The notes below the pieces were generated by a model. That model ran no database searches. It was not told the DNA's origin and worked only from the letters and a program-made list of their open reading frames with translations. From Asterionella formosa (Eukaryota), in NCBI GenBank assembly GCA_002256025.1, contig NKIB01000422.1, forward strand, positions 1 through 32,763: 32,763 bases of DNA. Direction: 5' to 3'. This document shows, in pieces, positions 21,601 through 32,660 of this stretch. Every line of letters begins with the position of its first letter. Position 1 is the first letter of the stretch. The position numbers and the translations under genes are program-made.

Positions 21601-24600
21601 ATCTTCGCGAGTGTAGTTCGTGCAATATCTCTCGCGTCGGAATCTTTATTGCGCAAACCATCCCCGATTACCACAAGCAGACGGGGAAGTTTGGATTCAA
21701 ACAAAGCGACAGGGAATCTTTTAAAGAGCTTAAGGAGAGCCAAGATTACCATAGGCCTAAGAACTTTGGTTTTTTTCCCACTTCGGTCACTTTTCTCCTT
21801 CACAATAAGGGCCTCAATTTTTGGGATCACTCTCTTCTCTAGCGCTCTTGCAACCGCGCTAGCTTCGCTTGCTGGTTCGCCTAGTACTTGGTCGTCGCCG
21901 AGACTGTTTTCAATCTCGAAGTGAAACGCATCCAGCATAGAGCAGATCATTCCGACGATATAACGTTCCTGCTCAGGGTGGCGATGCAATTGATTAAGAG
22001 TAGTCCAAAGCGCACTGTGATACTTGCTCCAAGATAAATGTCTCGAAATAGCTCCAACAGTTGCGATTCCTTCAAGAGCGTAGGACTCCTCAAGCCTTGT
22101 CTTGCTTTCATAAATAGGGTGCATGGCTAAGGGCAACAGAATATTTGATAGAGAATGCATGGAGAAAATTGGGACTCCGTCGTCGGGTGTGGTGTTCAAA
22201 ATCGTTCTCAACCTCTGAAGACTTCGACTTCGCCGGTGCAGCTGAACATGTGTGTAATTCAGGAAGAAGTCCAGGTCGGATTCGTCGTCTCTGACAAGCA
22301 CGTGAAGATCGCCGTATAGATGGGGCGAGTCATGTTGTGAGAACGCCTTGCTCACATCCGCCAGTAGCAGCACAAAATATCTACGTATTGTTTGATCTTT
22401 AATATTCAGTCCGGCTTTTACTGTCGGCAACACAAGCGACTCCACAAGTTTAATCCAGGCGCTGCTTTCGCGTCCTTTCCGCAGTTCGGACGATTCAGTG
22501 GATGAGCACTGAATCAAAGTTTTAATCGACTTAAATGCCCCTCGATTGACCACACCATCAGGATCGAAAAGGAGATAGAAACAAGAATAAATAAGTGGAG
22601 CCAAAACGGAAAGGTCGGAAGAACCTTCAAGGTTAGCAAGCGCAACCCAGCTATTTTTGTTAGTTGGATTGCTCAAAGAATTGAGTACAGGAAGCAATTC
22701 ATCGTAATTTGGTTCATCAATTCGTTTTGAATGCGTTGAGCACATATTCATTAGCATAAGTGACACCATCTCGATGGTTTTATTTTCATTGTTGCAAGCC
22801 GCAATTGTCTGTATTACTGATGCAATGGATTGGCGAATTTGTAGAGACGTTATGCCACTTTGATTCTTTTGCGGACCAAGGAGACGGGATAACGATGTAA
22901 AGTATGATAGCGAAGCTAATGAAGTCACCTTGGGAATCATGACGGCGAGAATAGCAAGTACGCCAAGCATATCCTTCTCGTGCGTTCGACGTCCAGGATC
23001 AAGGAATGGTAAGAGCAACGAGCACAGGCTTTCAAGTACAGCTTGGTCGTAGCTCTTAGTATCGGTCTGTCGTTTTTCGAAGATCAGAGCACTGACTCGA
23101 CATAAGATCGACAGTTCACGAAAAGTCGTGTCATTAAGCCTGTGGGCTTTCTTCCACTTTCCTCGAGCAACAAGATCGAGAGCATCATCATCAACGACGG
23201 ACTTTGAGCCAAGTCTCTCTGTAAACTGCTCCAAGAGGAGGGGAATGTGAGTGTAAATCAACTCGGTCCTTCCATGTCGAGACTCAACTTGATCCATTTC
23301 ATTCGATTCTATCTCATCATCACGATCTTTGAGCAAGTTGTCAAGGAATTCTAGAGCCATGTTCATTACAGAATGCTGTGATGTTGGCGAAATGCATTGA
23401 ATGACAGAGGCAACAGAACTTTGATTGTGAGTGAGCAGAGGAATCAATCTGGAGTCTTGGGAGATGACATGGAGCATGTACAAGAGAGCTGGTGGTCTTG
23501 GTGCATTGACAACAGCAGCAGGAAGCTGGTCGATTGAGACCTGGACTACTCCCCACAAGGTGTCTGCATAAACCTCGAAATCGACGTATTGCGAAAATCT
23601 CCGGAAAAGATCCGATAAACGGCGAAAACACAGGCTTCGAATGCTCCCTTTCCTCGAGAATGAACTTGCTACATCGACACCTTCACCGTTCTCATAGAGC
23701 TCGTCGAAATTCTCGTCAACGTTTGAGTCTCCACTCTGCGATTCAATACTGGAATACTTGCAGAGAGAAAGAATGATTGAAATAAATGTTGGAACGTACT
23801 CTCTGGCCTCATGGCCAAGTTGCGAAAGTACTGCTTCCAATAGGTTCAGAAAACCTTCATGACGTTGATCGGGAACAGCAGCGATGTCCGTGGCATTGAT
23901 TGAATTCAAGGCCAACAGTACTGCCAATCTATCCTGTTCGTTTTGTTTCTCAATGGGTTTCAGAAGCAGTGACTTCGGTACGAATGACCTCGTCATAAGG
24001 AAGATGATTGGATAAAACTCAGTACTATCCAGTAGGGATAAAAAAGAAACAACCGAGGCACGTCTTGCTGCAGGGGTATCCTTTGCGGTTCTCCCTCCAG
24101 AAGCGCGGGAAGAAAGGCGACCAAACAAAATCCGGCATACAATGGGGAGAAGGGAATGTCTATGATCTACATTAATAAGATCTGAGTCTTTTCGAATGTC
24201 AAAATTAAGCATGGTTTCTCGCAGCTCTCCTTTCTTTAAGAGTCTCCTCAGATGATCAGAATACGGCGCAACATATGGCAATTTGAATTTGATCACGCAT
24301 TCAAGGGCCAATTGAGAAACAGATGCCTCCTGATGAGAAAGGAGCGATTGAAATATTCCGAGAAGCACAGTATACTTATACAGTTGCTTCGGTCCATTCA
24401 CAGCCGCGAAAGCCCGAAGAAACGACATCAATCGCTTTTGAAGTGTACTGCGTCTCAACATGTCCCGTTCCCAACTAGAAAACAATGGCGTTAGACTTCT
24501 CATTTATAAAATGAAACCAGAACTTCTTGGATTGTGCTTACCATGTTGCCTTCTCCACGTGCTTTTCTAGACAAAGTTCTCGAGCATCTGGGTCAAACGA

Positions 24601-27600
24601 ATTAAAGTAGAAGTATTGGGAGTGCATAAAATCCAAGAAAATTGGCACAATTGCTCTCGACTTTTTGGCTGTAAGTTCTGGCGCTCCCTCGAGGACAGCA
24701 AGAACATTTTCAAATCGAGTTGATTCATCAGTTGTGAGGTGGAGAGAGACGCGCCCTTCCTCTTCTGCAGCCAGAACTTGATCTCTGAACAATACAACGT
24801 CGTCGCCTTGGGATTGGTTCCATCGATCAAATAATTCATGGTGCGAAAGAAATTCCATGTGATTTCTTACTTCGTCGATGATAGCGAGAGGATTATTACT
24901 ACTTGGTATCATGATCTCTTCCAGCAGGACACTGAGTGGTTGCCACATGATCTCGTCATGGCCACTGGCAAGTGCAATCATGACACGAACTGCGGCGGGC
25001 CAGACAGGTGCAAACTTGAGATTCAAAATTCCGAGCATGAAATTTGCGACAGCTTCAGCATAAACAACAGGCAGCTTCCCTGTTCTTCCAAACACTTCGG
25101 TTCTGCCTAAAAGTGACGACAATGTTCGCTCATTGTGAAGCGACAATTGGGTAGACTCGATTTGAAAAAGTGTGTCCAAAATATCGCACAAACCAGACAC
25201 AGACATTCCAGCTTTGTTATTTTCAACTGGTCTGAATGCAGGTTCCTCATCGAGATCGTCTGCCACGTCTAGCTCGGCGTGATCGGTAACAAAAGATCGA
25301 CGGGGGAAACTTACGAGGATCTGGAGAGTATGAAGTCGCAAAAAGTGGCTTTTCCTCCTTAGATTTGAAGTTAGCTTATCAAAGGTTTCTTCCACGTCAT
25401 CATTCAAGTGAAGAGACTTCCGGTCCAGAATGGGGATAAGTGAAGACACAGATTTAACGACCAATAGAGATGTCGGTGCCGAAAAAAGCAAACGATTTCC
25501 CAAAGAAGTTGCCTTTTTAAAAGACTTTTCAAGCCATGGTGCTGTCGTTTCCGAATCGAAATGAAACCAAGCAGTGTTGGCAAAAGCTTCCAAGACAAGT
25601 GAAGCCGAAACGAGAATAGAGGAGCCGTCTGTTTCATTTTTATCAAGTTGGGTACAGAGCTCACTCAAAGTGGCGACAAGCCAATCCAAAACCATTTTTG
25701 TAGAAACAAGGCTCGGAACCGTTTCATCCGAAGATTTGATAGCATTGAGAAATGGAATGCATCTTGCGGCATAGCTGATACGAGCAAGAGTTTGAGTTTT
25801 ATTGAAATTGTTTGAGCTACTGTCAACGATGCAAATCTTGAGCAGTGCATCTTTGCAAGAGGCAGTAATATTACAAAGACCAGCATTAGACAAATCGAAG
25901 ACATTGTCGGTGTCACTTTCGCAAGAATTTCGACTGGATGCCACCGAGAACACCAAAAAGAGTGCATCATCTGGATTGGATAGGGCCACTTCGCCGGCCG
26001 AAGAAAGAATCGCCGACCCAACATCATGCATGGATACTTCTGCTGGTAGATGTGGCAACAGGTCGTGACTTAATTTTTTTGCGCATCGACTCGCCGTCGT
26101 TCCCGAGACTAACTTGCCATTTGTGCCTCTCCCAAGAATTGATGACAGACGAGCACCAATTTGAGTAGCAATATCTGGTTGGTTGGGGTTCCGCTTCCAA
26201 AGTGCGCACAACAAGTCCAAGACTGCATTCTGCGCAGTATCCGCCAACTGCTCGAAAACCGAGAGAGCCATTAATTGGTTAACTATTGATAGAATGGAAA
26301 AATAAGCATCTTCGCTGCTACCGTTCTTGTCCAAGTCCTTGAAGGCACCACCTTGACGAGATGCAATGCACTGTGTCAAGAGTTGTACTAAATGGCCGAG
26401 GACCACGTTGCCTAAGCTGTGAAGTTGGACTTTTTCCTTTGGAATCATGAATTCGGTACACTGTACCAATTCCTTCCAAACAATTTCGAAATATCCAGGA
26501 TGCACATGATAAATCATTCTGGCCATAAATTCAGCGTTCACACGGAAAACCACGTCGCATTCCGTAACCTTCTCAACGTCCCTTTCAGCGTATCCCACAA
26601 GGGTATCCAATGAAATCTTTATAATAATCTGAGCCTTTGAATGCATCCGTCCGGCGACACCACGAGCGGTCTGAAACAAGAGCCACGCAATCCCATCCCT
26701 GGCGTCCTGTTGTGCTCGTTGAAGTGAATGAGACGTGGGTTCCGTTGCGCAGGACGACGACGACGCCAAGGCCCTAATGGTTCGTTTCAAGTGTTTCTTC
26801 CTCGCTGCATCAGATCCTAACTTTCTGATCAATGGTGCAAAAGTTTCCGCAGCCAATCGACGCACCAAGTCCCGTTTGTGGCCCAAGGTTGCGCCATAGA
26901 ACGCTCGCAGCTGTTCCAAGCATGGTTCTTGACCGGGTCTATCAACGTGTGCCAAGAGAGGTTCCGAGTCGTACCTAAATATATAGGAAATTGTTCTAAA
27001 GCAAGCTTCTACAATTGCAACGTCAATTGGTGTCGGTTGCTTTCCCGACTCTGCAGCAAACGGTGGTGGAGTTAACAAGTCAGTGATAATTCTGGGTAGA
27101 ATGGAAGTGAAAACAAAGGGGTGAATCTCATGCCTCAGATCTCTTGCCATTACGGCAATTAGGTGCAAAATGTCTGTGGTGGCATGGTTGCAAATGTAGT
27201 GATTTCTTTTTTGCGTGGTAGCATTTCGTTCGAGTTGACTGGGCGACTTGGTGGAGGGTGCAGACTCTGGTGACAACAAGTATGACAATAGAATATCGAC
27301 GACATATGAGGAGTGGTGCAGCATTTCCGGTAAAGACCGAACCAAGTGCCAAATGTCTTTGTAGAACGCCTCGAATATTTCTGAGCTATTGCGATCTCGC
27401 GCGAGATCCAGCTCGCTTTCAAAGGTGGATTCGGTATCCAAGGCTCCGTCGTCCGACGTCTCTGACAATTCCGTTCTCTGGGAATTGCTGAGGACTGCGA
27501 CCTTGTCATTGCCTTTGTCATTCTTGGCCTTTCTTCTCCGTTTGTTGCTGCTGGAGTCCTCTTGGTGCGGATGGTGCACGCGTTCTTCTCGAGAGGCAGC

Positions 27601-27744
27601 CGACGTGACGCCTATCTTTCGCTCATACGATCGGTAGACATCCGCAGACGCACGCTTGGATTTCTGCTTGCTCGAGCTGAATCTCAGGCGATTCTTGCCT
27701 CGGGAGTCTGTGCTAAGGGACTTGACATGTTGGGACCCTTCCAT
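18693..27744 (-). CDS. UTP20: SSU processome component UTP20 (DRIM), a giant HEAT-repeat protein; exons 27744-24542 and 24474-18693 (about 2994 aa)
   Basis: Two long ORFs are joined in frame by a 67-nt phase-2 intron 24541-24475 (GTAAGC...CTAAC...TTTTCTAG). UTP20 motifs include VRSLPEMLHH, MARDLRHE, FTQYMIDYPM, NIKYEYQEGR, LKLGYQLHV and FFLPLVLQLVNDDS, plus a basic C-terminus. Confidence 0.9.
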
Positions 27745-27857
27745 GGTGGATATATAAAACCGGTACTCGAGTATGTTCTCGTGATTTCCATTGCTTCCAT
27801 ATACCGTTATATTTCAAAATATTACATGCAAAACATTTTCACATGATTCCCCTTTGG

Positions 27858-28262
27858 TGGTTGCAAGTCACTGGCGGATGAAGGCTGGTCGGTTGGCGCC
27901 CAAACAGACAGCAATTCATTCAAGAGCTCTATACACCGTAACTAGTGGTACCTGCAAGTTGCGGTCATTTGCTTAAATAAACAATTTAATCTAAGATAAA
28001 GATAGCTAAATCCATTTTTAGAAAAATTACCGCATCTTGCGGTGTACAGGTACCAGGTACCGGTTCCAGATAAGAGGGAACATACCCGTGCTTCACCATA
28101 TGCTCTAGTATACTCTATACCTATACTAGTTGGTCCGTTACCAGGTACCTGGTAGTATACTGGCTGAACCGGTAGTATGGTAATGTACGGTAGAGCTCTT
28201 GATGAATTGCTGTTGTTTGGGCTCCAACCGACCAGCCTTCATCCGCCACTGACTTGCAACCA
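27858..28262. repeat. Long inverted repeat with arms 27858-27931 and 28191-28262
   Basis: By manual alignment, the reverse complement of arm 1 matches arm 2 over about 74 bp with 2 substitutions and 2 single-base indels. Confidence 0.9.
27954..28040. mobile_element. Tiny TIR element copy 2 (87 bp)
   Basis: GCAAGTTGCGGT ... ACCGCATCTTGC (12-bp TIR with 1 mismatch) around an AT-rich core containing TAGCTAAATC. Confidence 0.6.
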
Positions 28263-28288
28263 GCACTCCACACCTGTTACTGGTACCT

Positions 28289-28349
28289 GCAAGTTGCGGT
28301 CATTTTAAGTAGCTAAATCTTTAGTTTCAGTAAAAATACCGCAACTTGC
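28289..28349. mobile_element. Tiny TIR element copy 3 (61 bp)
   Basis: Perfect 12-bp TIR GCAAGTTGCGGT ... ACCGCAACTTGC, extendable to TACCwGCAAG..., with the same TAGCTAAATC core. Confidence 0.6.
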
Positions 28350-28399
28350 TGGTAGCCTCCAGTAGGTTTGAAATCAGGATGTACGTACATATAATATTT

Positions 28400-28684
28400 A
28401 CGTTGATTGGCAAGGAACAGCAGTAGAAAAAAGCCACGACTGGGATTTAATATGGCTGATGTGGTGAACTGTACATAGAATTCTTACTAATACAATTAAA
28501 GACAGGCAGTGGAACAGGTGGCAGCAACCAACACATCAATGGCCGCAATTACAGAAATTCCTCTTGACTTTTCTAGTGTCTACACAAGAATGGAATCATG
28601 TTAACACGTTCAAGGCCCTTTGAAGTTGGGGTGACGTGGTATCTTTGTCAGCTTCAATATTTTGTTCCTTGACCAATCAATCGT
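28400..28684. mobile_element. Candidate MITE (about 285 bp) with imperfect about 20-bp TIRs
   Basis: ACGTTGATTGGCAAGGAACA (28400-28419) pairs with TGTTCCTTGACCAATCAATCGT (28663-28684), differing by two 1-nt indels. The interior is non-coding and no clear TSD is visible. Confidence 0.45.
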
Positions 28685-29172
28685 GTACCAAATATTGCAC
28701 TCTTCTATGATTACTGAATGGTAGTAATTTCCGGTACCCCAGGTACAACGTACCAGGTACTTCATACAATTTTTATGCACCAATATCTATACACAGTAAT
28801 GCTGACTTCCACCTGTTGGAGGTGGTAGTACAAGCGTACAAGCAATATCAAGGAGCAAACCCGTCGTAAGCAAGTAGGAAATAATAAAGAATTATAGAAT
28901 TATTTTGTGTGCCAAGAAAAGCAAAAATCAAAAGCGAAGCGTTTTGTTAAATCGTCGACTTGGCTTGCCTATCATATCGACATCAAACGTGTCAAGATTG
29001 TTGTCACCAATTGCTAACGTTACTCTCTTCTAACAACGTCGTCACACTTTTTTACATGGTCATCATTCAATCGCGATAGAATTTCTCTTTACTTCGCCCT
29101 CGAATTGTCTCACAAAATCAAAGCAGTGCCGATTGTTTTGCTTATTGGCAACTTATATACTCCTTCCAATTT

Positions 29173-30249
29173 ATGACCATGACTTTGACCTCAGTTCCTA
29201 CCGCTCTCTTACTGTTACTATCGGTAACATCTAGCTCGCACGCCTTTAGCACCCCCCTATTCACTCCAATAGTGACCAACCAAAAGACCGCTCCATCCAC
29301 CAAGATTGGTGTTGAGATCGAATTGCCTGACTTTGAAGCGCTCTTTGATCAAATCCAACAAGTGTCTCCATTGACTAAAGTGGCATTTGAAGGAGGTGGG
29401 AAAGATGGAAAGCGGGGATTTGCCGCCATGGAGCAAGACACTTGTAAGTCACAACGGATGACCATTTTTTTCAACATATCCATGCTACACCTTTAGCGAT
29501 CTTACACATTTTGACTTTTTTAATATATAGCAGCCGATCTTGCTTGGAAAGTCATTGAAACGAACAAACGAAAGGTAGTTCATCATGTGGATAAGATTGA
29601 CAACTTTTCTGGACTTGATCCGCCTCTCCTTCGCTTTCGAGGTTCTCTTGAAGGTCCCTGCGTTGGCGAAGCCTTTGCTAACTTTATTATGAATTTTGAA
29701 GAACGAAAAAAGTGGGATCCAGCCATTGCAGACGTTGTAGAATTATACCCTATTAAAGATTTGGACTTTGCCAATGTCGTCATGGGATATGGCAAGTATG
29801 GAGACTGTTCCAGATTGGGAGTGGGCTACTGTCGGACCAAAAAGTATGGACCAGTCCCTGGACGAGAGCAGCTGACACTATGCGGGATCCAGGATATGCC
29901 AGATGGATCCACAGTCATTTGGGGAACAGAGATGGAAGACTGGCACAATCACCTACTTCCAGAAGGAGAAAGACACCAAAGGGCCAAGTCGCATTTGTTC
30001 TCAACCACCTTGGTGCCCACTGGGGAAAACACCTTTGATGTTGAGTACTGTCTGCAAATTAATATTGGCAATGTACCAAATTGGCTCACGCAGCCTATTC
30101 TGGTAGAGACAGTCAAGGGAATGTACCGACACGCCAAAGATTATTTCAATGGAAAAGGAGAAAACAGTGAAGTCTACAAGTTCTTGGAGGAGAAAAGCAA
30201 AGGAAAGCACCTCATGGCCGAACGGAAGAGTATTTTGATGACCCCATAG
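29173..30249 (+). CDS. Plastid-targeted START/SRPBCC-like lipid-binding protein; exons 29173-29443 and 29531-30249 (329 aa)
   Basis: The signal peptide ends SSSHA-FS (ASAFAP-like) and is followed by an S/T-rich transit peptide. Phase-1 intron 29444-29530 (GTAAGT...TAG). START-like segments are ERKKWDP, YCRTKKYGPVPGRE and VEYCLQINIGNVPNWL. Confidence 0.78.
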
Positions 30250-30456
30250 AACTACAGAGGAACTTTGGCAGAAGCTGCGCTACGTTTAGGAGATCGCAAA
30301 TGTACTGCTTGAGATATCAGCCACGGCGCTGTCCAAGTCTCATGTAGCGACATGTAAAAATTATAACTGATAATACTATTACTAGAATTCTGACGATCGT
30401 AATTGGTTCAACATGAATATCCTTTTACCTATCGAGTAAACAAAAGCTAAAAAAAG

Positions 30457-31107
30457 TTAGCTGATGAGGCCATAGTTTCGCTTTTGTAGCATCTTGATGA
30501 GATCCTGATCGAATCGACTCGGAACTGCTATAAAAGTCCCAGCTCTCCACTCGGTCATGAAATCCTGAGGGTATGAATCCATGTGAAAACTGCTTGCAAA
30601 CAAAACTTCTGTCCCTCGCTCTAACGCATCTGCCAATCGATCATCAATCACCAAATCATTCTGATCGCTTTCAGGGTAGATAGTATTTGTCGATCGAGGC
30701 CATGCATAATTAATTTCAGTGCCCAAAGGCCAAACAGAAACCAGCTGTCCCCAGACAGCGGCGTCTTGTGGCCTTGACGTTCCAATATGCCCTCGTGATG
30801 GTCGAGCGAGTCGGTGCTTTAACTTTGCTTCTAGCTTTTCAAAGTAGGCAACTGCAAATGGATCATCGCCATATGTCCCTTTCACCAACAAATCGGGCTC
30901 AACATGAAGAATAGATATGACGGTCACATCTTCACCTCGATACAACAAGTGATTGCCAGAGTCTCGAACAGCTCTCCGAAAGTTAGTCGGCGTAGCCTTG
31001 CAAATCAAATCAGTTGCTTCCTCGAGGGACAAAGGATTTCTATGAATTGGCAAAATTAAAGTACCAACAAGTCCAAGAGAAAGCCTTCGACTGACGAGTG
31101 CCACCAT
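30457..31107 (-). CDS. Hypothetical protein (216 aa), possible ADP-ribosyltransferase-like fold
   Basis: Uninterrupted ORF with globular composition and gene-like CpG content, convergent with the START gene. Motifs LLYRGE, HIGTS....AAVWG and TEVLF are present. Confidence 0.7.
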   Translation of the reverse strand: MVALVSRRLSLGLVGTLILPIHRNPLSLEEATDLICKATPTNFRRAVRDSGNHLLYRGEDVTVISILHVEPDLLVKGTYGDDPFAVAYFEKLEAKLKHRLARPSRGHIGTSRPQDAAVWGQLVSVWPLGTEINYAWPRSTNTIYPESDQNDLVIDDRLADALERGTEVLFASSFHMDSYPQDFMTEWRAGTFIAVPSRFDQDLIKMLQKRNYGLIS

Positions 31108-31198
31108 GTGAACAAAGCAATGTCGATTGTTCGAAGTTGACTACGGTATCGGTACCTGCTACCAGGTACGGTATACCTGGTTACCAGTCCTACCGGTA

Positions 31199-31604
31199 TG
31201 TCAAGAATATTAGCCCGAGTCACAAGGATTGTGGACTCGATTGTAATCGAACGAGTCGAATATTGCATTGCCACGTCAATCAGCTGTCTAACGAGATCAG
31301 AGATTGAAGATTTCTATGGAAATGTTAAGTGGAAACTCGAAGAGAGTCTTAGAACGACTTTGCAGGAAGCAAAGATGCATGGAAAGGAAACATTTAGTTT
31401 AGCTTATAATTTAATTTGAGATTTAGATTATCAACCGAGGAAACAGTGTGTTAATTGACAGGAAGGTCAATTAGTCTATCTAGCAGGAAGGCTAGAAGCA
31501 GAGACAAGAGAGAAAGTAAGTGGTACTAGGTAGTACTACGATCACGTAAGAGTCTACGTGAAGAGAGACCCAACCCGCGGGAAGGAGTACGGACCATTTC
31601 AACA
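31199..31604. mobile_element. Solo LTR (406 bp) with a 6-bp target-site duplication CCGGTA
   Basis: It starts TGTCAAGAAT and ends ATTTCAACA (TGT...ACA). CCGGTA flanks both sides directly (31193-31198 and 31605-31610). Confidence 0.7.
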
Positions 31605-31899
31605 CCGGTATACCACCAACATCAGGTACCAGTAGTAAGAGTACATGGTACCGGGTAATCTTCCAAATCTTGAAGTAACCTGTAGCAATACTTCACCTCT
31701 ACTTTATTAGAGAAATAAGTTACTCAAATGTACTGGTTTTGATTCCAATAATGAAGTTACAATGACTAATACTATAGGATGGATTGAATTCAAGAAAAAG
31801 GAGAAGGACAAGTGAACAACAAGAAGGAGAAAGAAAAGAAGGAATTACTACTAAATTAATAATAATACCACTACAGGAGGAGGAAATGAAAACTAGCTA

Positions 31900-32660
31900 G
31901 TGGAGGGGGCAGATTGATGTTTCATCAGAACTAGCTACAGCATCATTGTCCAAGCAAGTCAAAGACTTGCTGCCAAGTCAAAGACTTGGGACTGAACAAT
32001 GGCATCCAGCTAGTGGACTCATCATTTGAGTCATCATCCCCCTGCAATCATCCACTGCCTCCTAGCAGCAAAAAGAACAACATCCAGGAACACACAACCA
32101 CAACAACACTAACATTTTGGGACTCCCCTGAAGACAAGAAACTCTTCAACCACCTATCAAATGAATCCACCCTGACTGCAATTGGCAACCAAATAGAAAG
32201 CCTCAGACAAGCAAATAACTCCCATTGATTCAGAATCTCAACCAACCTAACCAAAACAGTGACATGACCCGCCCATCATCACAAATGGAACATACAACAA
32301 AAATGCCAATACTTTGCTCTCTCACTCCAACTTGCAAAAGAAAACATGAATATCTGGACCTGGGATCATTGCTGCACTGTCCCTGTCAAGAGATTAACCA
32401 ACCAAGGACTCACACTTACTTGCCACACATGTACACATTGTCCTCTCCATGTGGTCAGTCCTGCAATTTACAAAAACACACACAAATTGCAACTGATAGT
32501 TAAGTCCAAGGATCTGTCACCCTTCCTGCAAGCCAACCCTGACATCTGCATGAACATTCAATAATATGTCAAAGACTTGGATACCCTTTCCATCAAGATG
32601 CTTTTGGAGTATATACATCATGACAGGGCTCTACCACATCTACAACGCCGATTACTGGTA
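31900..32660 (+). mobile_element. Decayed coding relic, probably from a transposon ORF
   Basis: Consecutive broken + strand frames read FWDSPEDKKLF..., MNIWTWDHCC..., KDLSPFLQANPDICMNIQ*YVKDLDTLSIKMLLEYIHH. It shows strong C/A skew and about 1 CpG in 31681-32580. The family was not identified. Confidence 0.4.

Noticed and set aside
18693..27744. Two separate giant genes, or a frameshifted pseudogene
   Set aside because: A canonical 67-nt intron with a CTAAC branch site joins the two ORFs in frame.
1279..27744. Functional cluster of ribosome/RNA-processing genes (iojap, RPS5, CWC21, UTP20)
   Set aside because: They act in different compartments and are interspersed with unrelated genes. Chance in a gene-dense genome explains this.
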